From Azolla caroliniana (lineage: Eukaryota; Plantae; Polypodiophyta), in assembly GCA_043228905.1 (NCBI GenBank), contig JBHGNT010000010.1:18228001-18292000 (forward strand): a stretch of DNA of 64,000 bases, given 5' to 3'. This document shows, one piece after another, positions 25,201 to 38,700 of this stretch (positions are counted from its first letter, which is position 1; the number at the start of each line of letters is the position of its first letter). Position numbers and translations under genes: made by a program. Under the pieces are notes generated by a model. The model did no database searches, was not told the origin of the DNA, and saw only the letters and a list, made by a program, of their open reading frames with translations.

Positions 25201-26708
25201 TTATTGCTTGCATTGTAATTAACTTTAGTCTAACACTAAGAAAATATGATGATAACACTTATGGTGACCACAATGAGATGCCAAACTAGTATGACTTAAT
25301 ACTAGACATCAAGTTACTAAGAACAACTCATCTATAAAAAAAAAGGAAAATATGCAGATGACTCAAGAGGAAGCGAATGGAATCACAAATAATGGATAGT
25401 GGGAGAACATGAATCCCAAAAGAGACTTTGCAACTAGGAGATAACAAACCATTCTCAAAATTATGGAATCATAAGTGGTTAACCTTGTACATGACTACTT
25501 CAATTAGTTATCTACATATGCGGAAGAAATCAATAACCTATTTGGATTTAATCAAGAGAGGATTGCAATTTACAAACAAAGCAATTCTAAACGAAGTGTG
25601 GGAAAACCTTATGAAGTGGAGTACTATTCTCAACCTCTCATTCACCTAAATTGTATTCTATATCAACCATAGGTAATTTTCTATTGCTTTGCTAGCACTC
25701 CAGGATCCATAAAGCAATTCATGAAATTACCTTTGTAGTACGCAATCATTGTGGAAAACAACTCTCTTAGCATGATCCAAGTCTTCTAAATATAGAGTTT
25801 CCATGTATCTTGCTGCAACAACTTGTTTCTTTCATTACCTTGATGCATCCACAAACAAGGAAGAAGGGTCATGGTATCCCAAGTGATGAAGTTGGATAAA
25901 AGCTATGGCTACCTTTTGGAACTCGCTACCTTTGTCTCATGTTACATTCTCCAAATGATGAAATGAATGTGCTGTTGCAGGATAAATAAAGTGGAATCTA
26001 CATTGAACCTACTTTTAATCTTTGAACCTACAAATTTACCTTTGAATGTACATTCTTTTTTTCCCAAGCATAGATCTATGTTTGCATTCTGTTTTGTTGC
26101 ACTTGCTAAGAGTCTGAACGCTAAATTTTACAAATTGCAAACAAATGGCATTAAATATTTGCAACCAAAGCAGGTGCAATAAGGTCTCATGATGCCTCAT
26201 TTGGCAGACTCTAAACATGCTGCCAAATGAGAATTTCAAGTATATGCATTAGATAGTAACACAATGGATAAGTCATAATTCACATTTGAGCAGGCCACAC
26301 AGCAATGTCTTATCTTTTAGGTATATGTTCATAATTTAGGATTCGCCTTGTAACAGAGTCTGGCTTTCACTCACGCCTGGCGAATATAGAGAATATCACG
26401 CTTGGGTCAATCTATGGATACCACCATGTATCTTCTTCACATACAAAAATAATCAGAGGGTGGTGATTGTCAAGCCAACCAGCTGCTTGTATATACATGT
26501 CTAATACCTACTCACCCTATATGTGGTTTAAAAATCTTTGTATAACACTAAACCTTCAACCATCTCTAGAAAAGAAAATACTTTTTACATCAAATAGAGT
26601 CATTTCCTGTCAAATAAATTATATAACAATCAATCAATCAATCAAGTAGTTTATTGAAATCAATCACAATTTATTTATATTTACAATAACTCTTTTGCAC
26701 AGAGCCTA

Positions 26709-29700
26709 CTACTTTCCAGAAATTTTGGCATATGAATCACGTAATGTAACCGTTCGGTTGAAGACCAAAAGATCATCAGTACTGTCAGTATCCACGCAGA
26801 AATATCCTGTAAACATTTAAAAAAATTCTTCTTTTTATATGTATGCAACAATCGATTCATTTTATGAACTGAAGAAGTCAAATCATATTTATCTGTTTAC
26901 ATCATGTTTACATGAACATAAAGCGGTATATGATTAATATAACCCTTATCTCTTCAATCATCATAGAACCTTCACATCCATATCATAGAACCATCATAGG
27001 ATATAACCTACATATATAGATACATGTGCATATGCATATGGATATGTAACCATCATAGAACATCCTACCTATCTCCTACCTACCTAAATGCATACATGTG
27101 CATATGAATATGCAATCATCATAGAACCTGCATAAATACATGTAGGTATGCTCCTGCATGTATGGATGTGGATACATAACCATCATAGAACAGGGCACAT
27201 GCAACACACATGTACATACATATGCCCATGTACATATGAATTATGTTCCTCTGTGCAGTTGTGCAGTTGCATGTGCATACACATGTGGGTAACTGCAGCA
27301 TAGATGTATATGTGCATACATTACACAAGCAAAACTATCTATATATCCATACTGCAACAGAAATGAACGGTTATTTCTAGACAAATCCATTTACCTAATC
27401 GTTCAAATTGGAACCGATCTCCAAGCTTTGCATCCTTCAAAATGGGAACAGCGAAAGCATCAGAAATAACTATCTTTGAATTTGGATTCAAATCTGCAAT
27501 CCAATCCTCCAATTCACTGGGATTCTGTAAATTATGTTTTTCTCAAATTAGATGGATAATGTACAAGCAGAAACGACAATATTTCTACAATTGACACTAA
27601 CCTCTGATAAGAAGAGTTTATCGAATAATCGAACTTCAACCTTTAATGGGGATACTCCACTGGCCGGCTCAGCAACCCAATGTATAACTCCCTATCAAGA
27701 ATAAAATAATCGTGATTATAGGGTTGGAAATTAAATTTAAAAGCGTCCAAAAACATCAGCATATATAATCAGAAAATAAATATAGGAAATGTACAAAACA
27801 TCAGACAAAGTTCCATTTTACAACCTTAGGTTTGGTGCTCTTCAAAGGGTCATACTCAACATGCAGCTCGACCACTGTCAACTGATCTTCAGCATATATT
27901 ACATCAATACATTTGACGGGAAATGCATACCTATAAGAAATACAATTCATTAATCTGTCAGACTGGTTACCCTCACAAGGGACTATACAAAGGACTAAAA
28001 GGACCCATCTACTTCATGTTGCATTATAAATGAATCAATACCTCAGCATTACAGTCTTTCCAGGAGCCAACCCATAATAATCCTTGGAGTCCTTCAACCG
28101 AAAATCTGATGACTCGATGTATATGACTTTGCTAAAAGGAACCTGCAAATGGAAATTATATTTTATTCACATATTTTCCAGAACATGATAAATTTAGAAA
28201 CCGACAAAAATCTTAAACATAATAACAAAATTGTCACAGCACCTCATAGTGTGATTCCTCATCTTCATCACCTGCATCAGGCCAAAATTTGGCCCGCAAA
28301 CTCGTAACTTCACCTGGCTCAACATTCTTGATAACTACCTGGAAAATAATACCAGCCATATGAGAACTGCTCAGAAAATTAGGTTCTAGATTCAATAAAA
28401 ATAGCACACCTTCAATGGCTTCAACACAACCATTACTCTCCGTGACTTTTGATTCATATCTTCCCGTATGTAGTACTCCACTTTGTCTAATCTTATCATA
28501 CTACCATCACTGAAATTGAAATTGGACTTAACAAGAGAGCAGGAAGAGAAATCCGAAATCAGAGACAAGATTGACGTGTTGTCAAATTCCTCTCTATATA
28601 AAACACACACATTCCTGCTGTATTTCTAATGTTATCATGCTCCCAGTGCTGAAATTGAAATTGGACTTGGGAAGAGAAAAAGATAATGCGCCATAAATAA
28701 TGAAAATGGAATGTATTCTAGCTTGCTCATCCATTCTTCAACATCAAAATGGTTTGCTTTTTCTTGACTTACACATGGAAAATTTGAAAACAATCAAATC
28801 CAAAAAATTGATTAATTACCTTCTAGTTATTCCAATGTCACGAACAAATGTGTTGATTGCATCAGGTGTGACACCTCTGCGTCTTAGGGCAGAGAGTGTC
28901 ATCAGACGAGGATCATCCCACCCATCAACCCAATTTTCACGTACCAATCTGTTAAGCTGAATAATGAACAAGTGCAATCAGATAATAAAACTGAAGTAAG
29001 ACAGCTGTATTTGAATAATTCATCAATTATCATAAGTTTAGACCTTGCGTTTCGACAAGACTGTGTTTGTCACACTCAATCTAGAATATTCCCAAACGTA
29101 TGGGTGATATAGATCCAAAGACTCAAGAAGCCAATAATATGATGCCCGTCGTGACTCAAACTCTAGAGTACACAGCTGCACAGACGAACTTGTCTCAAGG
29201 TGTCGAATAAATCTGTTTGTGATCGAAGGTAGTAATAAAACATTACTGACATTAGAGGACTTACCGAATGCGTAATATTTTCAAGAGAATCTACAATACA
29301 ATGTGTGTAGTCATAGCTGGGATAGATGCACCATTTGCTTCCTGCATGTGGATGTGGAGTGAACTATGACATGTACAAAAATAGAAACTCTCAGGACACA
29401 TTCCGCATAAAGATGTACCACTTCAGTAGACCAAATGGTAAAAGAGAAATCTCAGCCCACCTTTATTCGATATGCAATAAGATCATACATATTGTAGTTA
29501 TCACTCTTCATATCCTGTTTCATTCTTAATGTCGCCTTTCCTTCTTCAATCAATCCTCGTTTCATATCGTTGAATAATTTTAAAGACTCCGCAATTGGTC
29601 GATTCCTCCACGGACTTTCTGATTTTGTCTGTCTACTGAATTTAATCTCATCTGGAGTCTATATAGAAAATCAACAAAAATGTCATCAACATATTTTTGG

Positions 29701-32700
29701 AGACAGCATTTTATCTAGTAGTCAGGATATGCTAGTAACAACTGAATCACATAGGATAATCAAAGGTATTATATATTCCTAGGCACATGGGGTCACTATA
29801 TGAAAACCCTCTACATCACATGCCTAAAGCTTTTCTATGAAACCCCTTATACCGATAGAAGATTAAGATAAATTTGAATCTAATATAAACCAGCATTACC
29901 AAAACCAATATAACAATTGCAGAAACTAGAAAGAAACAATACATTCATCTAGGAATAAATAATGTTAAAACCAGCATAAAGAAAACAAAGATTAAACTGG
30001 GGATAATTACTATACATCTAACAATAAAATAATTTAACTAGAATGCCCCTGCTCAACCAAAAGGAGTGCTACAAATTATACCTGAACTACCTTGTACAAA
30101 GAACAGATAGTGGTAATAGAATCCAGAATGCCATCTATCAAAGTGGCAATGGTAACAAAAGCCATCGGGAGAAGCCACATTCCAAATCAAGATGAATTTC
30201 TGGTTTCTGTTCTCAACTATCATGCATACTAGGAGACCATAATAAACTATCCAATCAGCATTTGCGTCACTAATTGCAAATGGCATTTGTCGTGATGAAA
30301 TGGAAATCACAATCATTGATAGTAAGATTGCATAATTTACAAATGGCATTTGAAAGAATGCTTATAATCAAAATAAATTATCTTTAAGTTGCTAATAAAG
30401 CTGCCCAGCAATTATAAAAAAGATGATTGGCACAATGAAATGGCAAAAACCTGATGATCAACATACGCTCGATCCCTTTTAATCAGCTCAACTGCAAGAT
30501 CGTAGAGCTCCTGGAAATAATCACTGCTATATGTAATCTGTAAAACCAAAGCTTCTTAGTTATACAACATAAAATCAAGCAACAGATATACAACTCCTGT
30601 GATTTTGTTTCCAAGAAGAATAACATGTTGACTAAATAGCTCTCTGCCACTGAGAGATGTTACCATCATCTGGAGAAGACACTCTACAATATATCTTTGA
30701 TTTTCATCAAACATGCCCAGATGTCAAAATCAACACAATTATGTCTACCCCTATTGCATCAAGTAACAAATTCAGAATGCAACACAGGACTTTTCTCCAA
30801 TAATTTATCACCAAACTCTCAACTTTATAGTCAAATGAAAACACTAAGTGTAGACATCTATAAAAGCATAGTAGATCATCAGGACATCATTTAAGCAGGG
30901 AAAAATTACCTTGAAAGGTTTCCAACCCATCCAATTCACTATCTCCTCAATATGATCAATGTATTCCTTCTTTTCTGCTTCAGGATTTGTGTCATCATAC
31001 CTGGAAATTTTACATTTAGTTATACGTCCATTAAACAGGAAAGTCCATAGATTAGTATGAACCAATCAGATTTTTTGACAAAGAAATCAGCATCTCCACC
31101 TCCATAAGCATTAAAATTACAAGAAAATAAACAAAGATAATCACTCAAACTCTTTACTACACATGTTATTCCATTTGTTCTGCAGCTTTACTTTGGAATT
31201 GCAAGTTGATTGGACATCTCCTATTTCAGGACTCACTGGCCAAAGCGGAACCCAGAGATGCAAAATAAGAGGCTCAACATCACCGCAGAAAAAGTCCAAT
31301 ACAAACCAATGATGTCCTTAACCAGGTTGTCAGAGAAAATGCTGCTTTGAAGCAGTTGGGGTTCTAGTCAGCAAGAAACAGGTTGGGCCCCAGCTACAAT
31401 GCTTAGTTTACTACCACCATAATTGTTTTCTTTTTAAGGGTGGCTAATCATATTTACCAATGCAATTACTACCAGGTTCTCAAGCGAAATGCCATCCTGA
31501 AGCTGCAGGGATCGTAATTCCCTTATAAGAAACATGTTGGTTCCCAGGTAGGGGACTTACTTCACTGCCACCATAATCTTTTTCTTTTTTAAAAGGGGTG
31601 GCGAATTGTACCTGAAGGCAGCACAAGGATTAGGGTTTAGGTCAAAAACAGAGAGGGAGAGAGAGAGAGATGCACGCTGTCTTGGGTACAAAGAGTGTCC
31701 CTCTTTTTTGGTTTTTGGATATTATGTATATACAAGTCAAAAGTGTACTACGAGTGCGTTCACACTCGTGCACTAATAAAAGGCACGATGGCCCTTTATT
31801 CCCAACAACCTCCCACCTAAAGGCAATGTGCCATGAGAGAAAAAAAAGGAAAGTCAGCTAAGTCCAAGTATGTACAAAGCTGAACTACATACATCTATCC
31901 AACTCCCATCATCTGTCGGCAATGAGCAAATCGCTCAGCTGGAAGACCCACCCTTCGTGAGAAGATCTGCAGGATTATTATTTGTATATACTTTGACAAG
32001 CTCAATGTTCTTGCTGTCAAGTACATCTCTGATGAAGTGATACTTCACCTCTATGTGCTTCGTCTTTGCATAAAAGATGGGATTCCGAGCTAGCATGATA
32101 GCACTTTGGCTGTCACAATGAAGAATAGGTAACTCTGTAATGCCAAGATCTCTCACTAGATATGAAAGCCATAAAGCCTCTTTGCATGCCTCAGTGGCAG
32201 CAACATACTCTGCCTCTGTAGTAGACAATGCAACACACTTCTGTAGTCTGGAGATCCAAGAGACCACTCCTCCTGTGAAAGTAAACACATACCCAGAAGT
32301 AGACTTCCTGCAGTCTGCGTGGCCAGCATAGTCCGCATCAGTAAAACCAACGACAGATGCCTTTTGCTTTCCAAAGCAAATGCCCAAGTCCTTTGTGCCT
32401 TTGAGGTATCTCATAATACCTTTCACCTCTTCCCAATGCTTTTTTCCAGGATTTGCCATGTACCTACTGCAAAGGCAATATCAGGGCGTGTAGCAACCAT
32501 CGTATATATCAAACTGCCAACGGCTGAAGCATATGGAACCTTAGCCATTTCAGCCTTCTCATCATCAGATGTAGGGCTGTCTTCTGCACTAAGTTTCAAA
32601 TATGGAGACAATGGAACCCCAATTGTTTCCCCCCCTCCATATTGAAACGCTGCAAAACCTTAGAGATATACTCCTGCTGAGACAGAAAGAGTACCCCTTT

Positions 32701-35700
32701 CGACCAGTTTCGGAGTATTCGCATGCCAAGGATGTGATTTGCATCACCAAGATTCTTCATATCAAAGCTGCCATGAAGGCTTTGCTTCAATGAATCCGAG
32801 GCATGAATATCCTTGCCAGCAATCAACATATCATCAACATACAAAACCAAGATAATCAGGCTGCCATCTCCTGCCTTCTTGGTGTACAAGCAGTGGTCCA
32901 CTTGACTTCTACGAAAACCTTGAGACTGCATAAATGCATCAAATTTATGATACCATTCTCTTGGTGCTTGTTTCAACCCATACAACCCCCTTTTGAGCTT
33001 ACAAACCATCTTCTCTTTGCCTTTAGCCACAAAACCTTCAGGCTGCTGCATATATATGTCTTCATGTAGATTGCCATGTAAAAAGGCGGTCTTCACATCC
33101 ATCTCTATTTGCTCCATATCTTCAGCTGCAACTAAGCCCAAAATGATTCTTAATGTAGTCATCTTGACCAGAAGATCTCATCAAAATCAACTCCATATTC
33201 CTGCTTGTATCCTTTTGCAACCAATCTTGCTTTGTACTTTGGCGAGGAATCAGAAATGACCTTCATTTTATAAACCCATTTGCATGGAAGTGTTTTCTGC
33301 CCTTTAGGCAATTGCACCAAATCTCAAGTGTCATTTTTCTCAAGAGATTCCATCTCTGACAACATGGCTTTATACCATTTCTTATTCTCCTGTCTGTCCA
33401 TTGCTTCCTTGAAGCAAGTTGGTTCGCCACAATCAGTTACCATGACATAATCAGCCACACTGTTTGCATCAGGAACAAATCTGTCAGGCTGTCTAGTAAC
33501 TCTAGACGATCTCCTAACCCAATGCTCATTGTTTGGTAGCTGTTGAGCCTGCAAATTATCATTTTCAATTTGCAGTCCAGGCATTTCAGCCTGCAAATCA
33601 GCATTAACAGCTTGCTGTTCTAGCTGTTCCTGCACATTTGGTGGCTCATCATTATTGGCAAAGGCTGGCTGATCATTTCCAACCTCATTTTCTGCATTTG
33701 CAGGTAAGTTTACAGCAGGTGTTTGCTGCTGTACAGCGGGCACATTTTCTTGTCTAAAAGGTATTTCTTCTCGGAATACAACCCTACGTACTTCCTCAGT
33801 CTTTTCGGGTTGTTTACGCATGCGATTTTCTTGGAAGATAACATAATTGCTGCATACTATTTTTCTTTTCTCGGGATCCCACAATCTATACCCCATTTCA
33901 CCCTCGTCACCGTATCCTAGGAAAATACATTTGCAGGACTTTGGCTCAAGTTTGTTGCGTTCTTCTTTACGAATCTAACTCAAGCGGGAACAACTTCAGC
34001 GAAAGAGACTTTTTATGAGACGTTTGTACATGTTTACCATAAATGCAATGATCACAATGTTCAAAATCAGCATAACGAAGACATGGCAAGTAACCCAAAC
34101 GAGACAATACTTTCATACCAGTTTCACTCATGTGTCCCAACCGGCCATGCCACAAAGAAACACTGGGCTGCTCGGTTATGGCAACAACATGGTCACTCAC
34201 ACTAGATACATAGAGAGGATACAAAGTATCACTTTTACTACCCTTGGCAATAACTCTAGATCCCTTACAAATCTTCCATTTCCCATCACCAAAGGTTGTG
34301 TGAAATCCATCATTATCTAGCTGTCCTGTGCTAATCAAGCTCTTCTTGAGCTGAGGTACATGCCGTACATGTCGTACATGCTGAAGTGTGAAAGCAGAAC
34401 CATGCTGAAACTGTAATTGCTCAGTGCCAATACCTGCAATTTCACATGCATAGTTGTCCCCAAGATGGACAACACCATGTTGACCCCCTATGTAATCTGA
34501 AAACCACTCACGATGAGGGGTGACGTGAAAAGAAGCACCGGAATCGAGTATCCAAGTGTGCATGTCACCATCCGTATCTGCAAGTAAAGCATGTTCTCTA
34601 TGGCATGATGAAACAAAGAGTACATCATTTCCACTATCACTATCATGAGTGACTACATTCACCTCTTCAATTTTAGTATTGCCTTTCCTCGGTTGAATGT
34701 CTCTCTTTTCTTCTATGAAATCATCTATCTTCTTGCCCTTTCCTTTCTCTTTCTTCCATTTGAAACAATCACGTTTAAAGTGACCGTTTTTGCCACAATG
34801 ATGGCATTCTACATCTTTACCATGTGATTTACTACGGCCATAACTATCAGATTTGCCTCTTTGTTGTGACCTACCCCTCATATGCAACACACTAGAGGAC
34901 TTATTGGATGCATTATTTTGCCGACCCATCTCTTCCATGAGTAGAGAATTCTCTACATCGGCATAAAGAAGCATCGCATTTGAATTGCTCATAACAGTCC
35001 TAAAAGTATCCCAACTTTGTGGCAAGGTGAAAAGTAAAAACGTGGCCCTAAACTCATCATCAATGATGAATTTCAAGGCAACCAACTGGCTGAAAATGGA
35101 ATTGAACTCACTCAGGTGAGTTGACATGGGTGTGCCCTCTATCATACGCAAATCCATAAGTTTCTTAAGCCAATAAACTTTGCTAGTTGCCGGCTTCTGG
35201 CAGTTCCTCTAGTCTAGTCCATATAGAATAGGCACAATTCAAACCTTTAATATTAAACAGCAAGGCATCCGAAATTGACAACTCAATAGTCGAGCGTGCA
35301 AGCTCATTCAACTCTTACCAATCATCTTCGTCCATATCTGTAGGCTTTACCCCTTTGACTTTAATAGGCTTTGCATGCTTCTTGTGCAGTAGGATGTTGT
35401 AGCACTGCTTTTTCCAAACCACAAAGTTATGTGGACCCTCAAGCTTCTTGATGTGCATAAGGTGGCTACTGTCACTGTTGCTAGTCATGATTTCTTAGCC
35501 CAAACGGATGACCAAACCTGCTTTGCAGAAAACGTGACCTACTCTGCAGAAAACCTTAAACTTTGCTCTACAAAAAACCCTAAACGCTGCTCTGTAGAAA
35601 ACCTTAAACTCTGCTCTGCAGAAAACCCTAAACTCTGCTCTAATACCAGTTTGAAGGCAGCACGAGGATTGGGGTTTAGGTCAAAAACAGAGAGGGAGAG

Positions 35701-38700
35701 AGTCTGAATGAGAGACAATGGGAGAGAGAGATGCACGTTGTTTTGGGTACAAAGAGTGTCCCTCTTTTTTGGTTTTTGGATATTATGTATATACAAGTCA
35801 AAAGTGTGCTACGAGTGCGTTCACACTCGTGCACTAATAAAAGGCACGATGGCTCTTTATTCCCAACAGTACCTAATACTTCTATTACTACAATCTAAGT
35901 CTCTTCGAGACTGAACCTCATGCTCTTCATGAACATCACTAACATCTTAAGCCTCATTAGCATTGAAAAGACAAGTGTCCATTACCATCTTAAGCCATTA
36001 GCATCTACATCATACTATGCTAACAGTATAGTCGACCTCTTCATGAAGCTCACACTAGGATTGAAACATGTACTTATCCTACTTTTTATAAAAATATACA
36101 AGCAGTTACAAGTTGCCCATAACTTTTCCCTAGGGTTGCTAAATTGTTGCAACAACCTTTTAAACTTAATCCTATCTGATTGTGTTTGATTGCCAATCGC
36201 TATAATGCACTTGTGTCTATTATTGGAGTTGTATTTAAAGCTCAACAAAAGGATTATTGGTTGCAAAATGGGCATTGAAACCAAGTTTATTTGAGCACTT
36301 CATCCCATGCCGATTTGGATGCACAGACCCCAATGTTCTAAACAGGGCTGGTTTTCTTGGAAGGAGTGCAATTATAACAAATTTGTTTCGGTTTTAGAGT
36401 CTAATAAGAATATTTCAAGTAAGTTAAATTAGTATGAAGTGACTTGACCAAGAATTGCTTTGAGTCTAGACGTAAAGATGGAAACAGTATTTGAACTTAA
36501 GACTCACAAAAAGACATATAATAATTATCACTATACCACACATTCATTTTAATTTGTGTATTGCAATTCGTATTTAACATTAAGATTTTTTTCATCTATA
36601 TTGGTTCCAATGCATGTTAATAAGTAGAGCTACAACCTAAGCAAGTACATTTTGATGCATTCGAACCTGACATTATGAACAGCTAATATCTTATGAAATT
36701 GAGTGCGCCAATTCTGTACCATCAGATTGAGTGATAAAATACACCCCAAATGCAGATATGCATGATTCTCACTCAGTTGAAGTTTTTTAGAAAATGGAAA
36801 CTAACTCAACATTCATGGACTATTGCTCACAATTGCAACCTACAATGGTTTTTAGGTAACCTTAAATAGAAAAGCAAAATAGAAAAGCTAACCTTAAATA
36901 GCACTTTCCACCCCTTTCCTGCGCTAGTCCAAAGTCCACAAACAAGGCCTACAGGAAATGGTCAAAATGAATATTACATATAACATTAGATTATATGGAA
37001 CTTTAACTATCTAAAGGATCAGATTTTATAAAAAGCCTTGCTATAATCGTTGATCTATCATTTTACCTACTGTAACAAACCTGAACACCTTCAATTGATA
37101 TAATTTTTTATTCTATTCGCATTATATATGAAACTAGCTCGCCAATCAACGTGTGGTCATCTTATCGGATAGCTAGAATTTTAAGCAGAACCATCACTTC
37201 AACACCTGTTAACTCTGGCAACGCACATCACTGAATATGTTTTCTATTTTATCAATGGAGGGGGTCATTCTCATACAAAGGACAGATTGCTATGCCTAAA
37301 GATATTATGGATCTGTTTTGTTTCACAAAAAACATCAAGATATCTTATTCATTCAGTATTAATGTCTCAGCAATGTAGAAAACTGAGGGATAACAAGAGG
37401 AACATAGTTGGATCGGCATTTTTGGGAAACGTGCAAATGAGCATGAACCAGACAAATGGCAAGAGAAATGCTATGGTAAATACAATATCATCTCAGAAAT
37501 AGTCAATTAAACACTAGTTTTACAATTAACTTCATTTTGCTTCTTTGGCAAGCCACAACCAAAACCAAATAGTTGTACTCAATGCCACACAGCATCAGCT
37601 AGCTAACCTTTGCATGTCCAATGTGAAGATAGCCATTTGGTTCAGGAGGAAACCGGGTGTAAACTTTGCCACCAGTAAATTCCAAATGTTTTGCCAACTT
37701 CTCTTTCGTATTGTGAGGCCTCCAAATGTTCCCATCGCTAAAGAAAATTTCTGTATGTACCTATTACAAGCAAATTCAACATAGTTAGATAGTAGGTGCA
37801 CATAAGCGACCTTCACAGGGTCATGACAAAGATACAAAGAAATTAAACCTGAATATTGTCATGGGGATCAGGAAATATTAAGAAAGGATTCATCTCTTCT
37901 TCATTACTGCCATTTGTATCTAGTTCTGGGACTGCAATAGATTCCTGCAAAGCAAAGAATAATGGTAACCACATGACATCTTATAGGAAAAAAAGGAAGT
38001 AGCATATAAACATCAAAGAACTTGATCAAATCAAAAGCAAATCTAGATAACAGAAAAGCATAAATAAAAAATTGCTAACAAAACAAAAAATAGTATAAAA
38101 AGAAAGAGATGATATGTTTGGACACCTCAGTTTTTGGGGTCTTTTCCTTCTTCTTTTTGGCAGGTTTTACATCATCATCTGCAGTTTTTTCTCCAAGCAA
38201 TTCTTTCATTTGAATATCCATTTCTTCCTATTATACCGTTGAAACAAAACATACATTAGAACAAATTTCCTACGTAAGTATTATTTCAAATCGATAATTT
38301 TTTATTACACTTCCTTTACTATCTACCTTTACGGCCTTTCCATCTGCCCAAGGTAACTCTTTCCGCACCTTGCTAAGTAGGATGCCAACTTTTACCAACA
38401 TAAAACAGGAATAAATGCATCCAACAAACAGAAGCACAAATAAAGGCACAGATGTTCAAGCAATAAAGAAATACCATTAATCCGATAGCGTTCTGCAAGG
38501 AGAAGATCTTTATTTTCTTCAACAACAAACTTAACAGTCTTTTGTATCTCTTCAATAGTGACTTCAACACCTTTGAAAGGTAAAAGAAGCACAAACAGGA
38601 AAGTAATCACGTGATTTCCATAATGTACAGGTTTTATACACTAACTGCATGAGAGAATTATAATACATACCAACACCACAACGCTTCTCAAACTCTTCTG

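Larger units (their letters stand above)
31613..35868 (-). mobile_element. Defective Ty1/copia LTR retrotransposon inside GlnRS intron 10
   Basis: TSD gtacc at 31608-31612 and 35869-35873. LTRs at 35652-35868 (5') and 31613-31807 (3'). PBS tggtattagagc (tRNA-iMet type) and PPT ggtgggagg. Contains gag zinc knuckle [14 protein letters not shown], protease [17 protein letters not shown] and RNase H FTDAD...EAEY. Has frameshifts and lacks the integrase core. Confidence 0.95.

Noticed and set aside
22400-25400. Possible heavily decayed DNA-transposon coding sequence (for example FQMDTTF on the minus strand near 23750)
   Set aside because: One weak motif amid many stops; needs a translated HMM search.
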